Source: a candidate division WOR-3 bacterium (GTDB lineage Bacteria; Hydrothermota; Tepidihabitantia; Tepidihabitantales; Tepidihabitantaceae). From it: DNA of 64,000 nucleotides. This document shows, piece by piece, positions 31,801 through 38,473 of the stretch (its first letter is position 1; each line of letters begins with the position of its first letter). The stretch spans positions 1 to 64,000 of the forward strand of contig CBFGJX010000015.1 in assembly GCA_965649225.1 (NCBI GenBank), given 5' to 3'. A program made the translations under genes and the position numbers. A model generated the notes under the pieces. The model ran no database searches, was not told the DNA's origin, and was given only the letters and a program-made list of their open reading frames with translations.

Positions 31801-32748
31801 GACTCCGGTCTGTTCCGCACGCGCGCAGAACTCGAAGCGCAGGGCTTCAGGCTTCAGGGCAACATCTTTGTCAAAGGCAATGAACGCTATCTGCCGCTGT
31901 ATGAGGCCAAGATGATCTGGCACTACGACCACCGGTTTGGCAGTTACGAGAGAGCCGGCTCGTGCGACAGTACATCATTACCCGCGACTCGGCCGGACCA
32001 GTACGCCGACCCGGGCTATGTTCCTTTGCCCTGCTACTGGGTGCACGAGAGCGAGGTAAGTGCGCGGCTGGCCGGCCAAGACTCAAAATGGTTGCTCGGA
32101 TTCCGGGACGTGACCAACGCTACCAACGAGCGCACGGCCATATTCACGGCCATTCCGCGCACAGCCGTCGGGAACAAGTTCCCACTGCTTTTCTTGGCGA
32201 GCGCGGGTGACTCACGAATTGCTGCCTGCCTGCTCGGCAACGTCATCAGCCTAGCGTTCGACTTCTGCGCTCGTCAGAAGGTTGGCGCCACTTCGCTAGG
32301 GTACTTCATACTGAAGCAGCTTCCCGTTCTGCCGCCGGACCGGTACTCTCAATCTGACCATGACTTCATCGTGCCGCGGGTGCTGGAGCTTACCTATGCG
32401 GCCTGGGATATGAAGCCGTTTGCCGAGGACATGGGCTATGATGGGCCGCCATTCAAGTGGGACGAAGACCGGCGGGCGCTACTGCGGGCCGAGCTGGATG
32501 CCTACTATGCCAAGCTGTACGGCCTAACGCGGAAGCAACTTCGCTACATCCTGGACCCTGACTCGCTGACCGACCACGAGCTTGAGAACATCCTCGACCC
32601 GGCCGAAGACCCGCCCGACGCCCCGCGCACAAAGGACTTCCCCGGCGAGACCTTCCGCGTCCTCAAGGAGAAGGAAACCAAGCGGTACGGCGAATACCGC
32701 ACCCAGCGCCTCGTCCTCGAAGCCTGGGACCGGATGTTCGGATGTTAG
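28807..32748 (+). CDS. Type IIG/Eco57I-like N6-adenine DNA methyltransferase (DrmMI-like)
   Basis: LGSVYESLL, GSYYT, CDPACGSGHFL (SAM binding), GNPPW (catalytic) and a C-terminal target-recognition region. Confidence 0.9.
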   Translation: MLFSSVRVEGGLIPGDILDEVAKGEAAGQRPQDFGLSRNARLTDEISNAWQDALSYWKALQRALNRLGPQDPATTQTREQWVLPLLRSLGYDKVPFSARAAEAGGQSFALSHRAGEHEDSPPIHIVGFRADLNAKPSSGRPRLSPHALVQEYLNRTEHLWGIVTNGRLLRLLRDSSRMSRPSHVEFDLEQIMTAEKFADFCLLYRLVHRTRLPTTTADAPRCLLEHYHQQGIEQGSRIREKLREGVEAVLRLIGQGLLEHPANARLVDELRTGRLTPADYYCQLLRLVYRLLFLMVAEERGLIAAGDSDIYQRYYSITRLRDICARPYTVSWRHDDLWQGLLTTFALFADEGTGAKLGLSPLNGGLFGPDAMPALEDSRLVNGVLLKALRNLSLFQDQNVTRRVNYAALDVEELGSVYESLLDYHPIVRDDDGRLKFELAFGTERKATGSYYTRPELVAELIKSALEPVIEAKLASAKSPEDKARALLGIKVCDPACGSGHFLLAAARRIGRELAKLRSGEDEPTPEQFRLAVREVIQHCIYGVDLNPLAVDLCKLALWLEGHSTGKPLSFLDHRIRCGNSLVGVFSLDVFKEGIPDDAYKPVIGDDKTVASAIRKQNRQERAAGRLLSLDFGQRVDPSADLPLFAEAASRLDAIADDTPADVKRKAGAYERARQNDSWWRDKTACDIWTAAFFSPLARADDPAIPTSDRLWRYIERPKTAHGLLLGRAGELSVRNRFFHWPLEFPDVFAQGGFDCVLGNPPWERIKLQEQEFFATRDTAIARAPNKAARQRLIDDLRRTNSALADEFERAKHEHEAQSKFVRAGGRFPLTAVGDVNTYALFAELVRVLLGPTGRAGIIVPTGIATDASTSRFFGDLNAGRALVSLYDFENRKAIFPAVDSRQKFCLLSISREKTASADFAFFLLGTEDMLDRRRRYTLSPDDLALFNPNTRTCPTFRTRVDAELTRAIYQRVPVLVNEQTGENPWGVKFMAMFHMSNDSGLFRTRAELEAQGFRLQGNIFVKGNERYLPLYEAKMIWHYDHRFGSYERAGSCDSTSLPATRPDQYADPGYVPLPCYWVHESEVSARLAGQDSKWLLGFRDVTNATNERTAIFTAIPRTAVGNKFPLLFLASAGDSRIAACLLGNVISLAFDFCARQKVGATSLGYFILKQLPVLPPDRYSQSDHDFIVPRVLELTYAAWDMKPFAEDMGYDGPPFKWDEDRRALLRAELDAYYAKLYGLTRKQLRYILDPDSLTDHELENILDPAEDPPDAPRTKDFPGETFRVLKEKETKRYGEYRTQRLVLEAWDRMFGC

Positions 32749-32780
32749 CCCGTAGCTTGCCGTAAGGGCAAGCTACGGGC
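32748..32780. terminator. Perfect 14-bp hairpin between convergent genes, possible bidirectional terminator
   Basis: GCCCGTAGCTTGCC-GTAAG-GGCAAGCTACGGGC touching both stop codons. No U-tract. Confidence 0.6.
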
Positions 32781-34329
32781 AGAACCAGACCGGGAAAGAG
32801 CCAAGTTCGGAGGTGTTTAGTATTACAGCTTTGTGTTCCTGCCAGCAGACGCCGTAGAGCACAAGGCCGAAGATGAAGCTGCCCAGCCTGCTGTCGGTTG
32901 GGTCACAGATGAAGTCCAGAAGTGGCGCGTCAGCTTTGGACACACGGACGATCCAGACGTATCTGGGGAAATCGCGGCTGGAAAGGATGGTGTACGCTTG
33001 TTGCAAATCCTGACTGAACCGGAGCAGCTCGGTCGTGTAGTCGGTGCCGCGCATGAGCATGATCTGGACTAAAGCACCGTCCATGACTATGTCAGGATAG
33101 CTCTTGTGAATGGCGTTGATTATCGGATCAACTGCTTTGATGATATCTCTTGGGTCCAGCCGGATTTTCGGGTAGACCGGTACGATAAGGTGCAGCAGAA
33201 ACCACTCTTCTGGGCTTGACCTGCGCGCGGTCGAGCTCCAGTTTTGCTTAATTTTCAGCTTGCTGCGTCCAGCGCTGTCTTTTACGAACTCAACGGGCAC
33301 ATACGGACCAATTCGGTCGTCATGGACGTAGAATCCGGTCACGCGGCTGCCCCTGCGGACAAGCCCAGTGCCGCGTGCAGGATTGCCGGAGTCGGCTGTA
33401 GGGGCGGTGGGCTCAACATCTTTGTAGCCAACCACCGCAACTGCGTGTCCCTTCCCGTGTCCTTTGGGTTCGGATGTCAGCGCGGCAATCACTGGTACCC
33501 CGGAATGCAGATATGTCTGCAGGATCTCCTTGCAGATGTCCGGTGTTTCTTCGACTTTGTATAGTTCCGGTGCAAGACCGAACGAACGTATTGCTTCACA
33601 CAGCTGCTGTGTCGTCAAGCCCTGGTTGGGCACGGGTCGTCCGGATATGAAGTACCTGGTGGCTGCTTCTGTGATTTCCCGCGGCGACGGCGTCTTGAGG
33701 TCATCGTCGTAGGCGGACTTCTGAAGTACGGCCCACGCCGCAGCCGTCGCACATGCACTGTGGGTGCGGTCCTGCTGTTGGAATGCGATTCCCTCAAGAG
33801 CCAATGGGATTCCGGCCAAGTGTGTTTCGTAGCGCCGGCAGCATTTGAACTGTCCACGGCTATCATCGCTTGGCGGGCAGAGCACGCTCTTGGCGATAAA
33901 TGCCTTCGGATGCGGCCGAAGCACGACGTAGCCGCGATAGTTGTCGACAAGACTTTTTGGAAGCGGAGTGTCTGTCTTTTGGGGTTGATTCTTGACTTCC
34001 CTCAACGCGTCCATCAGTGTAGTCTCATCGACCTTGCTTGCGAAGAAGTGGACGCGCCAGCAGTAGTTCGGGTACTGCCTGACTGACCTCGCGTAGAAGC
34101 CCGCGAAGTCGTCCATATAGTCTTTGTCGATGTAGTGGGTCTCACAGACATAGTTGCTGCAGTTGAGCTGGTCGACAAGATACCACGCAATGTAATTGAG
34201 TTGTTTGCTTTGGGCAGGGTCTGCAGAGCCGAGGTGTTTGACGAAATCAGCGACGAGACTGCAAAGCGAATCGAAATCGCAGTCACCGAATTTCAGTTCG
34301 TATGAAGGGATCGAGGAGAGCCGGGGCAA
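32773..34329 (-). CDS. Hypothetical protein with a papain-like/C39-type cysteine peptidase core
   Basis: FQQQDRTHSACATAAAW (Gln plus Cys), GHAVAVVGY (His), VHDDRIGPY (Asp). Visibly less GC-rich than the flanking genes. Confidence 0.7.
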   Translation of the reverse strand: MPRLSSIPSYELKFGDCDFDSLCSLVADFVKHLGSADPAQSKQLNYIAWYLVDQLNCSNYVCETHYIDKDYMDDFAGFYARSVRQYPNYCWRVHFFASKVDETTLMDALREVKNQPQKTDTPLPKSLVDNYRGYVVLRPHPKAFIAKSVLCPPSDDSRGQFKCCRRYETHLAGIPLALEGIAFQQQDRTHSACATAAAWAVLQKSAYDDDLKTPSPREITEAATRYFISGRPVPNQGLTTQQLCEAIRSFGLAPELYKVEETPDICKEILQTYLHSGVPVIAALTSEPKGHGKGHAVAVVGYKDVEPTAPTADSGNPARGTGLVRRGSRVTGFYVHDDRIGPYVPVEFVKDSAGRSKLKIKQNWSSTARRSSPEEWFLLHLIVPVYPKIRLDPRDIIKAVDPIINAIHKSYPDIVMDGALVQIMLMRGTDYTTELLRFSQDLQQAYTILSSRDFPRYVWIVRVSKADAPLLDFICDPTDSRLGSFIFGLVLYGVCWQEHKAVILNTSELGSFPVWFCP

Positions 34330-34333
34330 AAGA

Positions 34334-34492
34334 CTAGTCCAGAATCAGGTTGAGTTCCTCTTCACGGGCGACATACGTTTTCTCGACTTCACGTATTCTT
34401 GCCTCGTGTTTCTTGAACTCTTCTTGGATGGTCTGGGACAGCGTCTTCTGCTTGCCTGATTTGGGGACTTTCTTCTTTGTATTTGCCTTCAT
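34334..34492 (-). CDS. Small 52-aa charged protein, absent from the supplied ORF track
   Basis: MKANTKKKVPKSGKQKTLSQTIQEEFKKHEARIREVEKTYVAREEELNLILD*. The stop is separated from the peptidase start by 4 nt. TTGACA(34546-34541)-N16-TATCGT upstream. Confidence 0.6.
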   Translation of the reverse strand: MKANTKKKVPKSGKQKTLSQTIQEEFKKHEARIREVEKTYVAREEELNLILD

Positions 34493-34652
34493 GACCGTTC
34501 ACCACTCGAAGCTGCGTCACGATAGCATCCAGCCTGCATTTGTCAAGCAGAGATTTGTTCCGTGAGTCCCGGCCTGCCCTGTCGAGCAAGAGGCAGTCTG
34601 TTCTTCATCGAGATGACAGGCGGTTGTCACGTCTATTCGACCGTTGCTTTCT

Positions 34653-34681
34653 TTGACTTGCTGCCCGGACGCTGGTACTCT
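34653..34681 (+). promoter_or_regulatory. Sigma70-type promoter of the tRNA
   Basis: TTGACT-N17-TACTCT, 9 nt before the tRNA 5' end. Confidence 0.6.
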
Positions 34682-34690
34682 TTTGTCTGA

Positions 34691-34764
34691 GGGCCCGTAG
34701 CTCAGTTGGTCAGAGCAGCTGACTCATAATCAGCCGGTCGTCCGTTCGACCCGGACCGGGCCCA
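34691..34764 (+). tRNA. tRNA with CAT anticodon, most likely tRNA-Ile2 (lysidine); elongator Met not excluded; CCA not encoded
   Basis: Acceptor stem GGGCCCG/CGGGCCC plus A, D-arm GCTC/GAGC, anticodon arm GCTGA-CTCATAA-TCAGC, T-arm GTCCG-TTCGACC-CGGAC. Confidence 0.93.
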
Positions 34765-35215
34765 TTTTCTTCCAATCCCGACAATCGCTGGTTGCCATAG
34801 CACGGCCGGACCGGCTGGGTTGGGTTTCGCCAGTGGATAGACCGCTGTCGTCAAGGACGCAAAGGAGCTGGGCGGTGAGTTTTTCCAGCAGGGCCGGGTC
34901 AAGGCCGCGATGCTGCCAGCGGAGTTTGAGCAGACAGAGTTCGCGGGCAAGGGTGCGGGCGGCGAAGCGGCGCTGCAACCGGGCCACGGCCCGGCCGAAG
35001 TTCAAGTACCACAGCCGGGCCGGAACCGGCACACCGGTTTCGTCAATGACCGCGCGGATGATGGCGTCAACCTGGGCCATTCGGAGCGCGCCGGTACGGT
35101 AACGGCTGGAGGCCCGGACTGAAGCACTGCCGGGGTTGCGCCGAAAGTGGCGTGCCGCCTGCGCGGCAGCACGGCGGATTTGTTCTTCTTCCATCAGGGC
35201 AGGATTCGGTTTCAC
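34730..35215 (-). CDS. Hypothetical basic helical protein resembling the SIRV2-type (Adnaviria) major capsid protein
   Basis: Core VDAIIRAVIDETGVPVPARLWYLNFGRAVARLQRR...LLKLRWQHRGLDPALLEKL. Alternative ATG at 35194. The 3' end overlaps the tRNA on the opposite strand. Confidence 0.6.
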   Translation of the reverse strand: MKPNPALMEEEQIRRAAAQAARHFRRNPGSASVRASSRYRTGALRMAQVDAIIRAVIDETGVPVPARLWYLNFGRAVARLQRRFAARTLARELCLLKLRWQHRGLDPALLEKLTAQLLCVLDDSGLSTGETQPSRSGRAMATSDCRDWKKMGPVRVERTTG

Positions 35216-35466
35216 TGTTGGTTAGAGCCGGGCCGGGGCGCGGTGGCGACAGGGTTTTTGCCAAGAAGCGGCAGCGGTCCGGGGCTGGTGGTCAGAACTG
35301 GCGGTTTGTGATGGACTTGGCGAAATGGCCGGAGCCGGCAGGGTTGGTTACCGGACAGTGGCCGGGGCGGCGGCGGGCGAAGCGGGCAGGAGACTAAGAC
35401 ACCGGGCGATGGATAAAGAGCTGATTCTTGCCACCGGCAGTGCCAAAGCGGCGGCCGGCAAAACTA

Positions 35467-35495
35467 CCGGGGCGGCGATGGTGTCGCCGCCCCGG
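35467..35495 (-). terminator. Intrinsic terminator of the 35513-36955 gene
   Basis: 12-bp stem CCGGGGCGGCGA/TCGCCGCCCCGG followed by TAGTTTT on the minus strand. Confidence 0.7.
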
Positions 35496-35512
35496 ATTGT
35501 ACCGAAACTAGT

Positions 35513-36955
35513 TCAGGGTTCGCGGACGTCGCCCGAAGCGTTGTCTTCGAAGGTGTTGTCGGCGCGCAGCTGGGCCGGGTCGGGCAGGTTGGCCGGGTCG
35601 CCCTGGAGGTGGATGCCCCAACTCGACGAGTGCGCGATGTGGCAGCCGGTGATTGTCGGCCGCGCATCGTCGATGCGGACATTGCCGTAGCCGTCGCCGC
35701 CGCCCCAGAGGATGTCGCAGTTGACGAGTTTCGATGTGCTGATGGTCTGTTCGTAGAACCCGACGCTGTACCAGTTGCCGCGCGACGGGGTCGGGACGCT
35801 GCTGGTGAATGTGATGCGGCCGGCCGTGCCGTCGGCAATCAGCCCGCCCGAGGCGGTGTAGCCGCAGTAGAACTCGATGTCGGTCTGGAGCTGAATGGTG
35901 GTGCCCGGGGCGATGGTCAGGACCGGGTTGGTGCTGTTGTCGCCGATGCTGACGTCGCTGGTGATGAGGTAGGGCACGCCGAGGTTGGGCCAGGTGCCGG
36001 TCCGGGTGACGCGGCCGTTCTTGACCTGCACGGCATTCTTGGTGTTGCCGGTGATGGTGTTGCCGGTGCCGATGGTGCGGATGTAATCGGCGTTGATCAC
36101 CAGCGGGAACTCGGCACATTCGGTGATGGTGTTGTCGGCGCACTCGGCAAAGAAGCCGTCGGTCGAGAGCAGAACCCCGTGGGTGCCGCTCTTGCGCACG
36201 ATGTTGTTGGAGAACTTGAGCCCGAAGCCCTCGACATAGACCGTGCCGTAGGAGCTGCTCTCGCCGCCGTACTCGAAGATGCAGTGCTTGAAGCTGGTGG
36301 TCGGCATCGCGTCGTCATACACCTCGACCGCTTTCCAGTCGCCGGGCGCGGGCACGGTCGCATTGGAGGTGAAAAGGATGACCGAGTCAGGCGTGCCGTT
36401 GGCGATGATGGCGCCGGGCGTGTTGGCGTAACCGCAGTAAAGCTCGACGCCCGGGCCCATCTTGACGATGCAACCGGGCTTGATGGTTATCGTGACGTTG
36501 GTGCCCGGGTAGACGTCGCCGGTCAGGATGTGGGGGTTGCCCGAAGGCCACCAGATTTCGTCCGCGTCGACGCGGCCCGAGTGGTAGGTCGGGCCGGTGC
36601 CGCCGCCGCCGGTCTCGACCGTGACGTTGATTGAGTGTTCGGCGGTGTTGCCCGCGTCGTCCGAGGCCACGGCCTTGAGGGTGTACGCGCCCACAGCCGC
36701 GGTCCAGGAGATGTCGAAGGTGTCGGCGGTGCCGGTGGCGTCTTCGCCGATTTTGGTGGCGCCGGCGTAGAACTCGACCTTGGCGACGCCCTTGTTGTCG
36801 GTGGCCACGGCCTTGATGGTGACATTACCCGGCGCCAGGACCGCGCCGTTGGCCGGGACGACGATGGTTACGGCCGGGTCGGTGTTGTCGGGCTGGTCGC
36901 AGGCGGTAAACAGCAGCAGCGTCGCTGTAACCAGCAGCCGGATGCAGGGTCTCAT
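35513..36955 (-). CDS. Lipoprotein with a bacterial Ig-like domain and right-handed beta-helix repeats
   Basis: AAGGAGG SD, lipobox FTAC, PAVTIVVP...ATDNKGVAKVEFY Ig domain, duplicated T(I)xPG...LYCGY...I.FTS...P.PG.W units. Confidence 0.8.
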   Translation of the reverse strand: MRPCIRLLVTATLLLFTACDQPDNTDPAVTIVVPANGAVLAPGNVTIKAVATDNKGVAKVEFYAGATKIGEDATGTADTFDISWTAAVGAYTLKAVASDDAGNTAEHSINVTVETGGGGTGPTYHSGRVDADEIWWPSGNPHILTGDVYPGTNVTITIKPGCIVKMGPGVELYCGYANTPGAIIANGTPDSVILFTSNATVPAPGDWKAVEVYDDAMPTTSFKHCIFEYGGESSSYGTVYVEGFGLKFSNNIVRKSGTHGVLLSTDGFFAECADNTITECAEFPLVINADYIRTIGTGNTITGNTKNAVQVKNGRVTRTGTWPNLGVPYLITSDVSIGDNSTNPVLTIAPGTTIQLQTDIEFYCGYTASGGLIADGTAGRITFTSSVPTPSRGNWYSVGFYEQTISTSKLVNCDILWGGGDGYGNVRIDDARPTITGCHIAHSSSWGIHLQGDPANLPDPAQLRADNTFEDNASGDVREP

Positions 36956-37162
36956 TGCAGTTCCTCCTTAATTTGTTTCATCCCTACCCGGGCGGTGGAA
37001 TGGCTGACGGAAGTTTTGTAGACCCGCTGGTCTTGCGTTGATTGTAGCGCCGCTCTGAAGTTTGTCCAGCGGCTTGTTGACAGCGGACTGGCAAGTTGCG
37101 ACAATGAGGCTATAATCCGGTGTTCAGTTGCGGCCGGCGGGCCGCAGATGAATGGAGGTAAT

Positions 37163-38350
37163 GTGAAGAATCTGAATGTCTGGCTGATGCTGGTTCTGGC
37201 CGCAGCGGCGGCGATTGCTCCGGCGCAGAGCTGGGTGCGTCAAAGCAGCGGCACGACCGAGGAGCTGGAAGCGGTGTGGTTTATCGATGCCAATCGCGGT
37301 CTGGTCGTTGGTGCCCGCGGTACGGTACTGAAAACTGACAATGGCGGCCGGAGCTGGCTGCCTTTGACGCTGGGAAGTGAAGACCTGAATGCGCTGGCGT
37401 TTGACGGCCCGGTGACCGGATTGATTGTCGGCGACAACGGCCGGGCTTACCGTTCGCCGGATGGCGGCAATGTCTGGGAAGAGCTGCAGCCGGGCGTGAA
37501 CGCCAATCTGCGCGGTGGCGCCTGCGGCATGGCCGGCCGGATGTATGCGGCGGGCGAGAACGGGCTCATCATCCGTTCGATGGACAACGGTAACAGCTGG
37601 GAAGTGGCGGACAGCAGCGGCACCCGCTGGGAGGCAATGGCGGCGATGATGGACATGAATGCCTGGGCAGTGGGTCGCGGCGGCGCAATCCGGGCCACGC
37701 GCGATGGCGGTCTGAGCTGGCAGAGCCAGTCCAGCGGCACGACCCGCGACCTGAAGGCAGTATGGTTCTATTCGCCGAGCGAGGGTTATGCCGTCGGCCA
37801 GAACGGCACGATCGTCTTTACCGCCAATGGCGGTGATGTCTGGTCGTCCCGCAGCAGCGGCGTCAGTGGCAGCTTTGAGGGGGTGTGTTTTCCGACGCCA
37901 AATGAAGGCTGGGTGGTCGGTGATTCAGGTGTGATTTATCACACCCGTGATAACGGCAACAGCTGGCAGCTCGAGTCGAGCTTCGTGACCGCCAAACTGA
38001 ACGCGGTGCATTTTGCTGACCCCACCAATGGCTGGGCAGTGGGTGCGAACGGCACGATTCTGAAGTATGAGGTCGGGGCGGTTGCCGAGCGTGGGGTCGC
38101 AGTTGTCGCCCGGCTGACGGCCTGGCCCAATCCGATTACCGGTGTCGGCCGGCTGCGCGTCAGCGGCACCGGCGCGGTGCGGGCAGCGGTGGTTGCGGCC
38201 GATGGCCGGCGGGTGCGCGATCTCGGCACCGGAGTCGAGTTCAGCTGGGACGGTTGTGACGATTCGGGCCGCCGGGTCGCGCCGGGCGTGTACTATTATG
38301 TCACGGCCGGTGACACTCGCCAGGCGGTGCCGGTTGTCCTCAGCCGCTAG
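37163..38350 (+). CDS. Secreted YCF48-related beta-propeller protein with FlgD/T9SS-like tail
   Basis: GGAGG then GTG. Repeated [ST]xD[GN]GxSW...L.AV.F units. Tail WDGCDDSGRRVAPGVYY. Confidence 0.85.
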   Translation: MKNLNVWLMLVLAAAAAIAPAQSWVRQSSGTTEELEAVWFIDANRGLVVGARGTVLKTDNGGRSWLPLTLGSEDLNALAFDGPVTGLIVGDNGRAYRSPDGGNVWEELQPGVNANLRGGACGMAGRMYAAGENGLIIRSMDNGNSWEVADSSGTRWEAMAAMMDMNAWAVGRGGAIRATRDGGLSWQSQSSGTTRDLKAVWFYSPSEGYAVGQNGTIVFTANGGDVWSSRSSGVSGSFEGVCFPTPNEGWVVGDSGVIYHTRDNGNSWQLESSFVTAKLNAVHFADPTNGWAVGANGTILKYEVGAVAERGVAVVARLTAWPNPITGVGRLRVSGTGAVRAAVVAADGRRVRDLGTGVEFSWDGCDDSGRRVAPGVYYYVTAGDTRQAVPVVLSR

Positions 38351-38473
38351 ACTTTTTGCTGGTTGGCGCCGGCCGGGAGCTGTTGCCCGGCCGGCGCTGT
38401 TGTGCTTGCTTTTGCCGTGACCGGGCCGATAATCGCCGGTCTTTCGTCAAATGACCGTTTCCGAGGAGGCGCT

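Noticed and set aside
20809..32748. Canonical DISARM, BREX or Druantia assignment
   Set aside because: No separate drmA/drmB/drmC, no PglZ or BrxC, and no Druantia partner genes are visible.
34389..34589. 66-aa minus-strand ORF from the track
   Set aside because: It starts upstream of the predicted promoter and is not coupled to the protease. The 52-aa ORF in another frame (34334-34492) fits better.
20635..34690. Integrative element or prophage call for the defence block
   Set aside because: No integrase, transposase, conjugation or phage structural genes, and no long att repeat found by eye. Reported only as an accessory island.
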